Assembly: GCF_003704095.1 (NCBI RefSeq)
Contig: NW_020847572.1
Coordinates: 310,001-374,000 of the forward strand
Reading direction: 5' to 3'
From: Pocillopora damicornis
Taxonomy: Eukaryota
Length of the DNA: 64,000 bases
Shown: in pieces, positions 24,474 through 36,532 of the stretch
Layout: each line of letters opens with the position of its first letter
Numbering within the stretch: the first letter of the stretch is position 1
Program-made: the position numbers and the translations under genes
Notes under the pieces: generated by a model
Told to the model about the DNA's origin: nothing
The model's input: only the letters and a program-made list of their open reading frames with translations
The model's database searches: none

Positions 24474-25731
24474 TTTTGAGAGCTAGACCTAAAAAATATG
24501 TGGATTTTTTTCTCTTATCAATTTGAGATCGATCTTTAGTCTGGTCTTATCGTCATTGCCTGTCTGTCCTTCCATGATTCTGAATCTTGCAGCAGTTCCA
24601 CATGAACCTATTTTAATGAAGGAAAACATAATTAAGCAAAGAATTAAATCCGATTGGTTGAGGAAGTGGCGCTAGTTTTCTAGACCAATCACAGAGCGAA
24701 AAAGGGACCAGAAAACACCTGAACATCACCGGATTGCTTTAGCCACTCAGTGATGATTGCTATCATGGAATACAAATAAAATAAAAGAATACCTTTTTTA
24801 TTTGGTCAAAATTGGTAATTCAAAGAAATCCTGTCAACGTTAATTATTTTCCTTAAAAAAATTCAGGTATGAAATGCATAAAATTATTAATTACGGGCAG
24901 AATCATAACATATTTTTTAGTAGGAAGCCAGGTAACGAAAAGAGGAAATACGGTGTATAGAACTCGACAAACTATACTGATCTATCTCTCTCTCTCCCTC
25001 TCTCTCTCCCCCATTGCTGTAGTTTTTATTGTTGTTGTTTTCTTTTTATCACGAGTTATTGCAGCATCCTGGTCTAAAGATACTTCTTTTGTATCGATTT
25101 CTTTTTAGCTTTCCTCTTTCTTTCTATTTTTTTTATAATTTATTTTACGCTACAGGAGACACTGTCCGATGCAATGAAGATTCTCTATTGTTCACTCGAT
25201 GTCAAAGGTACTTCCTTTGTCAGTCGAGTTTCGACAGAATTTAGATTTTTATTTACTTTGCACACAAAAAATTTATTGCGTGCATTTTATGAATATCAAT
25301 ATTATAACTATAAAAAAATTTATAAATCTCCTTTGTCACTTTTTGTGCGTTTCTTCAAGTAAAAACATAAGTAGCTAAGTTCGGTATGGAACAATCTTAC
25401 TATAGGAAACTTTTTTTAATTGGAATGACAATAAAAAACTTTCTATTCATCGTGGGAATGAGTCACGTTTAAATCATTCAAATATTTACATATATATAGG
25501 TATAGCCAAGCGAGAAAGCGGAGGTCCATCCTTCGCACACGTATACGTGATCAACAAAATTTTAACTTGTCTGACAGGTGACCATAAAAACCTTTTCCAC
25601 TAATCACTTTAAAACCTAATTTAAGTTATGTTGTACATACTTTTTAAGATCTATACTAGGAATGGTATAAGGTTATTAATTTCAAAGTAACCACGCTTTA
25701 AGATTAACGTAGACTTTACTTTAGATCTCAC

Positions 25732-26030
25732 CTGCCCTTCTCAATGGGGATGAACTTGGGTGATTTAAAAAAAAAACTCTTCGTGCCACAGAGGAAGGAT
25801 TTATAGCAAATCTAAAAACCAAGGAAACACTGAAATGACCAACGCACTTTCACCTGTCGATTCCGATTTTGGGATCACAATCAGAAACCGTACCTTGAAG
25901 ATCTACTCAGTAATCTTGATCGCTTTTGAGTTGAGTTAGACTGTATGCAGCTACCCAAATAGAAAATCCTGCAGAATATTAACAGAAGTCTCTGTTTGAA
26001 TTCAGCATGCTAACCTCATTGTTACAGAGC
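25732..26030 (-). other. Two candidate non-coding 5'UTR exons, probably of GPCR 1
   Basis: TTTTTCAG|26030-25894|GTACGG and TTTTTAG|25811-25732|GTGAGA, separated by an 82-nt intron. A further strong donor AAG|GTGAGT lies at 28156. There is no ATG-initiated long frame. Confidence 0.35.
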
Positions 26031-28564
26031 CTGAAAAACATCTTTTACAAAGTACTCCCTGTCCATCAACAGACCATTATTTGAACTTTCACTAATTATA
26101 AATACAGACTTGACAGCATTGTACTTATATGACTATGACTACTGATCTTCGTGACATTTCCTCGTATTTTTCCGTTTGTGAATGACATATCTAATGATCC
26201 TCCCATAATTTAAGTCCAGGAGAGAAAATAATGTCCCATTATTCTCTTTTGCGGTCCACCAATATTTATCATAATTTCCTGATGGTATGAGCAATGAAAA
26301 ACAAAATAATGGAAGTCGAGCGAGTTTAAAATCTTGATCTAAAAAGTGCCTTTCTTTTCATTAAAGCTTTCGATGACAGACTGCAGAACTTGGACATTTT
26401 CGAGCTCATGAAAGGCGGCGATGTTGGTTTATGATTACTCTCAAGAAATGGTAAATGACAGTTTGCCAAATTTTGTTTGAATTTGTATTCGTAATGCTGG
26501 AGTCAGTTTTTAAATATCGTGTTTGTAGACAAAAAAGACATCGTAAAATTAAACGTGTTACTTTCCATGCAGAGCTAGTATTTTAAACTTTTTACTTACT
26601 GAAACAGACATTTCCCTTCATAGAATTAATGCAATAGAAAAAGACGTTTTTTTCGTCTTGTCACGAGCGTGGGACGAAAGAAAAAAATTAGTGTAATGCT
26701 CTTAGAAAAAAATCAATGGTAAGCTAAGATGACAACTCGGAGATAAAGCACGAGAAAAATTATTTTATGGTATCGATACTAAGTACTAAGTGATTCAGCT
26801 CGAGGAAAAATGATTTCTCATTAGTATATTGACTCGTCAAGCCACGAGCAAGTGGAAATCAATAGAAAACATCCACTATCTATTTGTAATCACAATAAAT
26901 TTATTGACATTTTACAGATGATTGAAATGATAAATATTCGAGACATTCTCTCAAATTTTCCTGCAAATTCTCTTAATGACGTACTGTAGTATTTGTATGC
27001 GTTACTCGGGAACCAATATTTCTAGCTTTTACTGGCAAGGCATGCAAAAGAAAAATTGTAAAACGAACTGATAAAATGTGTTCAAAATATTTAATTCTCA
27101 TTTTTTTTTTCACCGTGCTGGACTGAAGGAAATATTTTTAAAGACAAACTCATCTACCTAAAGAATGAAATTGTAACTCAATTTTCTTTGTTTCTTGCGT
27201 TTGAACTGTGGGCGACTTTGAAGATTTGGAATACTTCATGCCCCTCCATATTGCAAGTGTACGAAGGGTTTGACTTACGCTTCACGGATCAATAAACCTC
27301 TATTAATTTACAGGTGAGAATCGGATGATGCTTTTTTTTGATTGGTTTGCAAAATTAAAGATATGAATACACGTACAGGAAATCCATACATTTATACCAA
27401 TATATTTAAGAGCGTCTTTATCATGTAACCAATACCTCATATACATGTTGAATTTAAAAAATCACAATGAATAGAAACTAGAAAATACCCCAGAAGGCGC
27501 CAGTTACAAAGATTTAAGTTATAAAACAGAGACAATTTCCTTAAATCATGATGTATCCTTCTCCTCAAATCTTCCTGACTTTTAGCACATCTTCTGCGCC
27601 CAAAGATATTCGCCCTGTCTCAGTATATGTAGAAAACAAAGTCTGAAAATCAACCTGTCGCACTGTTCTATTAATGACCGTAGTTGCTGTAAGCTTTCTA
27701 GTTTATAGAGTCTATAGTTATATAACTTTTTTTGCTTTTATAAGTAATACAGGTGTGTTTTCACTTCTTTTCTAGTTTCCCCAGTTACTCTGGTAAGGAA
27801 TTGGAGACAGACTTTGACTCTTAACTAAAGGTTTCCGTCCCTTTTTGCTGACATCATCAGCAATCATTTTTTGTGAGGGATTGTAGATTAGGCACATACC
27901 AGTTCAATAGCAGGACACAACCCCAATTTCTTATATTTTTCCAGCTCATAATCGAATAACAAACGTCAGCAAGCTTTTTGATTGCAAGTGCTGTACAGAT
28001 CAGACTTTCTACTGTACGCCAAGCGACAGTTACAGGTCATTACAAGATTTCCCTCTTCTCCCTTATTAAATACTACCTTCTGATGTAAGACTAACGCTAT
28101 AAAAGTCAGCTTTTTAATATTTATTCAACACACACATTGTGAAAGTTTTACTCACCTTTCCACACAGCGCAGCAAAGGGAACCTTGAGAGTCGTCTCGCT
28201 GTGGTGTTTTAAACTTCCTTAAGCAGTAGAGATGTGAACAGAGCACAATATTGTGGTTTTGCGGTAAATCTAAATCCGGCAACGCATTTTGTTTGTATTG
28301 TCGAAGATCCGGTTTTCAGGGAAGCCGAATCATAAGTTTTGTTGTGGTTTCTTGTTAAATGAACTAAATTCAGGTTATTTCAAAAGCAAAAGTTCAATGA
28401 ATTGTTAAAAAGGGATTGAAAACGAAGTTTGCGAATTTGTAGGCACTCGAAATCAACTCCGCTATGACAGAGAAATATACTATATACTCGAAGTGTAAGC
28501 AGAAATCTATCAAACCTGAAAGATCAACGGAAAACGACATTTTACAAAATACATCCATACTATT

Positions 28565-28712
28565 CACTTATCAACAGAGTGGACGGGCCAGACGGGAAAA
28601 TATTTGGCTCGAGGTCATAAACTAAGGACCACGCATCGCGAGATCCATGCGTCATTACCGAGATTCAAATACTTTTTCGTTGGGTCCGACCTAACTCATT
28701 CAATAAGCATGT
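28565..28712. mobile_element. Degenerate palindromic MITE-like element
   Basis: Imperfect inverted arms: GGGCCAGACGGGAAAATATTTG...GGTCAT pairs with ATTACC...CAAATACTTTTTCGTTGGGTCC. Confidence 0.55.
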
Positions 28713-29309
28713 TTTATTTATTTCGTTCATCGTTTAGCTCACGTCTCACGAGGCTGTGGAACTATTGTCAGCACTGCACACACCATCGCTCACGGCCCTC
28801 ATACGCCTTTTGGTGTGGAGCCCATACATGCCATTAAAAAATTCAAGTAGGAGAGTAAATAATGCATGGATACGAAACAAATGAATGAGTTACTAGTAAT
28901 CGGATCCTCGTGTTTGGGCACAGATTTCTGGAATCTCCACGGGGCAAACATTGCAACTAACTAGAAGGAAATGAGTGGCGAAGGGTTGTTCCGACGTTCG
29001 ACTGAAAAAACGATTTTAGGGAGAGATTATAGCTTTTCTGCCATTCTTTTATCAGTAATGGATTTGGGTAATGCTGATAAAAGGAAAGCGTAATTTTTGG
29101 TTTGAAAAACCATGAAATATGTGGTAAAATTTACCGCTTAATTCGTCTTGTCTCGCAATGGTCTCGAAATTTAGAAAAAACTAATTATAAATCGCCAAGA
29201 AATAACTCAGCTAAGCCTTTTCAGTTTTTTGGGCGGGTGTTAAGTCTACTTCTAGCTTTTTTCGTTGTTTTTTAATACAAAAGAGCGCTACTAAAGCTAC
29301 CTCGAAGCA

Positions 29310-29790
29310 GCTTTAGATACAAATGGCGTGCTTTAGCATTAAATATTATGGTAGTACATTTATGTGATAAAACACTGTTTCTTTTTTGCGATCAATGAGA
29401 ACGAATCAGCGTTGATAATCAGCTAAAACTGAACCCTTTCTTCTGTGACGATGAGTGATAAAAATTGGTCTCTTAGGGAGCGATGTGTAAGTGATGATAT
29501 ATCCATAGTTTCTACTGGAGTTCCCGTGATTTTGCTTTTCCTGACCTAATCCTCCAAGGAGTTCGAGAAGAAAAGTTGCCGCTCAAAGACCTTTGGATTT
29601 TTCTCAAAGAAACTACCAGTTGCACAAGGGATTTCCTCATGTTTTTTTTCATTATTTCAACCGTTCAGAGAGCAACAGCTCCGTAAAAACAATTTCCATC
29701 TCCGCTGACAACGACTTCTCTCCTTTAAGGAGGTATATTTTCAAACGTCTTAGCTTGAACGGTTCCCTTCCTTGTTTGGTATTGATGGGA
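29310..29790 (-). pseudogene. Decayed OTU cysteine-protease domain, probably transposon-derived
   Basis: The minus strand reads REVVVSGDGNCFYGAVAL* (OTU catalytic GDGNC at 29703-29689). After a frameshift it continues HEEI...FEKNPKVFERQLFFSNSLED*VRKSKITGTPVETMDI, with a downstream His-loop-like AKARHL. Multiple stops and frameshifts. Confidence 0.65.
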
Positions 29791-30131
29791 TGAAATTCGA
29801 AGTTTTAATGAGTTTTAAACACAGAAAGTTAGTGAAGTATTGAGTCTTCAATCAGCCCACCTTGGCTTTATGACAGAACATCTGCTTGACTATGAAATTA
29901 TTGCAAGCATTCAATAAAGGTTCGAACTAAAAACAAGCAAACTTCTCGAAGCGCAGGAAAATGTTTGACATTTGATTAGTTGAGAAGGTAATGCAAACTT
30001 TTTCGACCAATCATAGAGTGTACTTTATTAAAAGCTGCGCAACCCATGTTTACTTTTCATTTCAAATTAAAATACTCCTTTTCGGTGGGAAATCACCGAT
30101 TCCTCTAGATTCCAGAGCTTTTATCAAAGAC

Positions 30132-31043
30132 TTAACAAAAAAACGCCCTGATTGTTTCCTTCACCGCTTGTCTTACCTCATTAACTTTCCAGCAGTAAAG
30201 AAAAGGATTCACAGCCGAGTTTAAGAGGACCATTGCTATGGTTACATCCGGCCAAATAAAGTCTAAGAATGACGTGGTTGCTTTTTTAAAAGCATATACT
30301 GCTTGAACTATTGCATGTGGTACATAACAAGCCACCACTGTAATTTGAACCCATACTAATCCCGAAACTATCTTTTTGTATCGAGCAAAGTTGAAAGCCT
30401 GGTCTTGATGAACTTGCTCTCGCAGATGTATTTGAATTTGATGTTGGCGAATTTTCACGTAGATCTTCACGAAACAGTACGTCGAGACGGCCACACAGAC
30501 AAGCTCAGTTGCAAAAAGGGTGATGTGAATGAGGAATGAGTTGTAAATGAAGGTCGTTGCAATTACAGAGCTAAGAAGCCAGAACAAGACCAGGGTAACC
30601 TGTACTCGTCTCTTAGTCACTTTCTGTCGGTATCGAAGCCCCAATAACAGAGCTAAAAGTCTGTCTACATTTATTGATGTCAATGTTAACATCGATACTT
30701 CCCCAAGCAATGCTGCGAGGCAATAAAAAATGGTTCTCAGACTTTCGCACTTCCTTAAGTGCCCTTGAGACGTTAAATAGGTAATAAAAAGCGGCCCTGC
30801 AAGTAGGCCAACTCCAAAATCAGTACTAGCAAGGCATCGAAAGAGAAGTTTTGACGGAGGATGAAGAGAATACACCCTTTTTAGCGCAACAACTATTAAA
30901 ATGTTACCTGCAAAAGCAGTGATAGAAATCATGATAATTAATGCAATGATGAAAGTTTTTTGTTGCAATCCATAAAGGCGAATCGCACAGGAGATGTCCT
31001 GATTACTCGTTTGGTTTCCATTTGAAGTTGAGTTGACAGCCAT
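30132..31043 (-). CDS. Class A orphan GPCR 2, 303 aa, single coding exon
   Basis: Seven TM segments. Motifs GN, LASTD, DRL, CYVP, NPFLY. Sequons NST and NQT. Confidence 0.95.
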   Translation of the reverse strand: MAVNSTSNGNQTSNQDISCAIRLYGLQQKTFIIALIIMISITAFAGNILIVVALKRVYSLHPPSKLLFRCLASTDFGVGLLAGPLFITYLTSQGHLRKCESLRTIFYCLAALLGEVSMLTLTSINVDRLLALLLGLRYRQKVTKRRVQVTLVLFWLLSSVIATTFIYNSFLIHITLFATELVCVAVSTYCFVKIYVKIRQHQIQIHLREQVHQDQAFNFARYKKIVSGLVWVQITVVACYVPHAIVQAVYAFKKATTSFLDFIWPDVTIAMVLLNSAVNPFLYCWKVNEVRQAVKETIRAFFC

Positions 31044-32080
31044 TCCTCTTTGTCGCCTTCGAACTCAGTGACGGTCTTTAGTACCGCTTCATTTGTTATT
31101 GTCTGTGTAAACACAAGCCTTTCCACTCGAATTCAATTTTGTCTCAGTTTGGGAGCCACCATTATAACTTCAAAGCTCGGTTCAGCACCAAATACTAATG
31201 TTCCGGCCACTATGAGTTTCCATAAATGTACCTGAAACCAATATTCAAATCGTCTCTGGTTATCTAAATTTAACGAGATAATTGCAAGACGAGCAACCAC
31301 TTCGCATGTCTTAAGTTCCAATAAAGATTATTGAAGCAATAATGTATTCTCCAAAGACACTCTACAGAAACCACTTCTCCACTGCGTCTAAGTTAACCGG
31401 TTTTCGTATAGCTTTACAACTGGTGCTATGTGGTTTCATATAAATATTCATAAAACTAATTATCTCAGATAGATGTTATGCGCGTGTTATGGCGTGTCAA
31501 TCGCCGAGAAGACTCTGAAAGCCAAATATGCATTTAAAATTAAGTATTCACTGTAATAGATAGCAAGTTTGCAAACAAAACTGCCACCGGATTCACTATT
31601 AGTATGCAAAGTCAATAATTTGACACGAGCTTGCCAGCCAATTTTTCGAATTATTTAAACGCTCCATTCATTTAGAATGAAACATGTTAGTCTCTGTTTA
31701 TTAATCTTTTTAGGAAGTAACTATGCATGAGACGAGTTCGGGATACACTGTGTTTGATTTAGCTTCTTATATTAGCGCTGAGATTGCATCCACGTTAATT
31801 TGCAAAGCATTCGTTGATTTAAGCAGCGTTTACCTAACTGGTTTTCTGTGCGTTAGCACCTCAACCTTTTGTTACATAAAAATATATACGTAGGACTTCG
31901 CCAACATCCTTCGCAGTAAGACAAAGAAATTCATATAAGAATAGTTTTATTAATATCCTTTAAGATCTGATTTTACTAGAAATCTCCTTTATGCTAAGTT
32001 TTAATAAGATACATTTATGTTGAGTTCTTGTCATACATAATTCAGCCACAGGGCTGTAAAGTATTATCATAAAACACCTG

Positions 32081-32166
<86 letters not shown>
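32081..32166. repeat. (TATC)n microsatellite
   Basis: About 21 perfect TATC units. Confidence 0.98.
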
Positions 32167-32269
32167 ATCCGAGAAGGCCGAGGCGAAAATCCAAGATTAC
32201 ATTTAATTTAAAATGTCTCCTCTTTGGCATGTGACTCCACTATTTAACAAACGTTCTTCATCTCGCTCA

Positions 32270-32820
32270 GGGAAACAACACTCTCTTTGTTTCCTTTCAC
32301 AGCTGGTCTTACTTCACTGACTTTCAACAGTTAAGGAAATTTTAAGGAATCACAGCTGAGTTTAAGAAAACCCAATTGCTATCTTCAAATCCCAGAGAAA
32401 GTAAAAAATGGCAAAGTAACTTCTGTGAAAAACATATACAGCCTGGATCATCGCCTGTGGCACATAACAGGCTATCAGTTTAATTTTTCATTACCCTCTC
32501 TAATACTGTCACTGTCTTTTTGCGTCACGCATTGTTGAAAGCCTTGCCCGAGGGAACTTGCTCTGACACGTGTATCTGCTTTTTTCTATGCTGGCGAAGT
32601 CTCTTGCAGATTTTCAGAAACAGAAAGTAGAAAAGGCAACACAGAGGAGTACAGTTGTAAAAATGCTCACTGATATTGGTCAGGATTTAGTTGTGGATGA
32701 GCATCGGTGCAATTATTATAGAGCTAACAAGGCGTACTCGTCTCGTAGTCACTTCCTGTAGGTATCTAAGCCGCAATAACAGAGACAAAAGTCTCTGGAG
32801 ATACAAAAAAAATGGTTCTG
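32270..32820 (-). pseudogene. GPCR pseudogene (TM3-TM7 remnant, closest to GPCR 2)
   Basis: Nucleotide-colinear with 30150-30740, e.g. CACAGCTGAGTTTAAG, TGTGGCACATAACA, GTTGAAAGCCT, GAACTTGCTCT, GTACTCGTCTC-TAGTCACTT and CAATAACAGAG. It carries indels and stops, and no 5' half could be recognised. Confidence 0.85.
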
Positions 32821-33687
32821 GTGTCATATATTCTTCGAAGTTCCTGTAAATGCATAGGAGGCCAGCAATTGTTTAGTCCCAAGACTGGTATTTGAAAGGA
32901 CTAGTCAAAATACATTTTATGAAGATAAAAGAAAGATTATACAACCTGGCCAAATTAGAAAAATGAGTTGGCGTTGATGTTTGAAACGTCACAGTGAACA
33001 GGTGCCATGAAAGTAAGTATTTCGCTTTTATTTATCTACCGATGAGAAATGTCAGAAATTTAAATAAAGCCATTTTCAGTTGCATAACTAAGCAGTTACA
33101 AAACTTCACAATTCCCAGAATACGCTTTCAAAGTGACAACCCCACATTTAATAAGTGAGGAAAGTAATTGAAGAAAGCAAATGAAAAAAAAATTAAATCC
33201 ACCCACAAACTAAGATAAGATCGAAATACGTCGAGACGCCTTGTCGACGTCAGCAACAGAACCGTGTCAGCTGGATCGTCAGCGCAGAAACAATAAAATA
33301 CTGTCCCATTCTCATTTTGCATCACCGGAGAACATCAAAAACTTGACAACTTCGTTCCTAAAACAAGGATATTTTGCAAACCAGCTTACTATGTAAAGGA
33401 GACACGGTAATGACTAGTTCTATTAATAGCGAATAGTCAAAGAAACTCCACAGCATCACATACGTGGATATATTTCCCAATACATCCTTGTACATCCACC
33501 TAAAACAAAACAATCCGGGACGTATGGCTGTCTTGTGACTACTGGCTTTGAATTGTTATTGGTGGCTTCATGAAATGGAGGCAAGAAACACTCAAGTGGT
33601 GAAGCAGGGATAAGAATAGAATCTTACGTCTTATTAGGCGGAACTTTAAAAACTAAACTGAACGCTATCAGCTTGACGAAAAAAAGG

Positions 33688-34596
33688 ATGGCAAACTCAA
33701 CACCTGATAGTTACTACATGACGAAAGGTCTAGACGTGTTCTGCCCTATTCGTAAATATGGATTGCAGCTAAAAATTGTTATTATAGTATTAAATATTCT
33801 TATGTCCATGTCTACAATTATGGGCAACAAAATTATAATTGCTGCGCTTCAAAGAGTATATTCCCTCCATCCCCCGTCCAAACTTCTCCTTCAATTTCTT
33901 ATGGGCACAAATCTTTCTCTTGGTCTTCTTTCACAGCCTCTCTTTGTTAGCTTTCTTATGTCTCAGGAGCACTCAGTAACTTGTATTTATCTGAAGACCC
34001 TTTTTTATTGTACTGCTACATTACTTGGGTCAGGGCTTATTTTGACACTGACAGCAATTAGTGTGGACCGACTTCTCTCTCTTCGGCTGGGTCTGAGATA
34101 CCGGCAGGAAGTAACTATAAGACGAGTGAGGATTACATTGTGTTTCATTTGGCTTCTTAGCGCTGTGATGACATCAACATTCATTTACAATCCATTCGTT
34201 ACTACGAGCATCGCTTACATAACTGGTTTCCTGTGCGTTATCACTTCGACGTTCTGTTACATAAAAATATACTTGAGCCTTCGCCAACATCACGCGCAGG
34301 TAAACGTGCTGGGCCAACTTCGTCAGGGTAATGTCTTCAACATCGTGCGCTTCAGAAAGATGGTGACAGGCGTAGTTTGGGTCCATATTTCACTTGCGGT
34401 TTGTTATTTACCACACACGATAGTTCAAGCCGTCTTTGCTTTCACTGGAATGAACACTGCTTCTTTCGACTTTATTTGGGATGTGACAACTTCTATGGCT
34501 TTCTTGACCTCAACTCTGAATCCTTTCCTTTACTGTAGGAAGGTTTGCGAAGTACAACAAGCAGTGAAAGACAGTATCAAGCCCTTCTTTTGTTGA
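33688..34596 (+). CDS. Class A orphan GPCR 3, 302 aa, with atypical substitutions
   Basis: ATG at 33688 (MANSTPDS...). Seven TM segments, DRL, CYLP, NPFLY. The TM2 Asp is replaced by Asn (GTNL). Confidence 0.92.
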   Translation: MANSTPDSYYMTKGLDVFCPIRKYGLQLKIVIIVLNILMSMSTIMGNKIIIAALQRVYSLHPPSKLLLQFLMGTNLSLGLLSQPLFVSFLMSQEHSVTCIYLKTLFYCTATLLGSGLILTLTAISVDRLLSLRLGLRYRQEVTIRRVRITLCFIWLLSAVMTSTFIYNPFVTTSIAYITGFLCVITSTFCYIKIYLSLRQHHAQVNVLGQLRQGNVFNIVRFRKMVTGVVWVHISLAVCYLPHTIVQAVFAFTGMNTASFDFIWDVTTSMAFLTSTLNPFLYCRKVCEVQQAVKDSIKPFFC

Positions 34597-36289
34597 AGTA
34601 AGATAAAGAACATTTTGGAACATTGTGGAATGAACAGTTTCCCAAAAATCATACACATGCATGAATTTGGCGATACAAAGCTTCGGCGTGGGAAGGAAAT
34701 CGCACAAGCGTAGTCCCCATACAGTATTTCACTCGAAATTTGAGGCAGCTTACCGTAAGGATATTGGACAAGAATATCTTAAGTTCTATAACTTCTTCAT
34801 CAGCTATTCCCTTTGAACTTGCATTAATTAAAGGTCATCGGGGAAGTATCATGATCACCATCACAGCCTTTACTTTAATTCAGATTATTATGCAGATTAT
34901 TAGTATTAGCTAATATTGGATGAATATTCTCAGATTAAAAAGAGCCACCTTAAATTATTGATAAAGGGAGTTGGGTCTACATCAACTTAACGGATTTTTT
35001 AAAAGCTTTTATGTGTCTTGGTGTTCGGATAAAATTCAGTGATAAATCATGGGAAACTTTTTCATCAGGCGTTCTTTGCATTGATAATTAGCAGGAAGCT
35101 TTCCTGCACTTAGGCCAAGTGATTTTTGTGCCATATTCGTTTCTAGGAAATATTTCACGGGTGTCGTTCCTCAAACGGACCGGTAAAGGCTCAGGAGGCC
35201 AGCAATGGCTTATTCTGGATGCTGGCCCATCAAAAGGACCTTTTAAAATAATTTCAAGCAGAAATGAAAGACTTTAAAACTTGGCTAATTTAGGAAAATA
35301 AACAAGGAAAAACTGAAATGAATTAACACGCTTGAGTCGATGTTTATCGAAAAAACAGCTGTTTTAAAAGTGAGTATTTCCATTCTACATGTCCGCCAAT
35401 GAGTGGCAGAAATTTGATAGAACCACGTTCGGTTTACACTGATTAGGAGTTTTCTGATGTCATAGAGACTAGAGGTAAAAAAAAATTCAGTTGAACTAAA
35501 AGACTTCAATTTTATTAGATTTAGTTTTCCACTGAGAAGACGAAAGTGTTCACAGAACTATGTCAACAATACCATCAATGCAAAATACAAAAAGAGAGGA
35601 TTAAACAATAAAATAACATTTTAACAAAATTAAAATTCTGTCACTGCCACGTTGTATAATGACCGTAGAGCGTCAACAACTTGACAACTCCGTTTTCCAA
35701 AGCCTACTCAAGGCTTCATTTATCAAGATAAACAGATCTTATTTGTGGAATTAATCGCAATTGTGAAAGAAAAATAAAAAACCCGCTGTTGTGTCTGTTA
35801 TCGGCAGTAAGGCATAAACTTGCTTTTCCGTCGGGGTCTTCTGCGAAAGTGCCGCAGTTTTTTAATTTTACAAAAAAGTGAGTGTTTTTGTATCCCAGAG
35901 AACGGCCTTTGGTGAAATTCAGTGTTGTACAGAACATATATGCAAAATCGATTATTTCATATGAAGACTAATATCTGGAATCAAGTTAAGCGGGAACCCC
36001 AGGAAAGCGATTTCTGAAGTCTGGCTAAAAAATAACTCCTGCCTTATACTCCTGACCTCGACGTTACGCTTTCAGGTGTGGTTTCTTACTAATATGTTTT
36101 GCAAATCAGTTTATGTAAAGGGAATGCATAGCGTATAGTAAATTAAAACTCTTAGTGTTACATATCAACAAGCGACCGCCATGTTTTTGTAAAACACGCT
36201 TTTTATTTGATGACGTGCCTAAAAGTGGTCAGCGGTATACATAATACTCAGTGTCACTGCCCCTGGAGTAAACTATTAAATATAATTTA

Positions 36290-36532
36290 TAGAGAATAAT
36301 TCATGGGCGTACGTAGATATGGAATTTCTCTTGAGTGTTCAACACGATATCTCACAAATAGGCGCAGCGAACGAGTGAGATAATGAGTTGAACACGAGCA
36401 ACCAGGTATTATTTTGTTTTTTATATAAACACCTGACAAGAAAAATCAGCCTCCTTGATAAATGAGAAAAAAGTGACAGAGTGGCGCGAAAGGCGAGTGA
36501 CGTATCAGCATCAGATTGGCGATCTCAAACAC
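36290..36532. mobile_element. Dispersed repeat with an internal palindrome
   Basis: Inverted arms GTGTTCAACACGATATCTCAC ... GTGAGATAATGAGTTGAACAC around a GCGCAGCG core. Confidence 0.55.
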
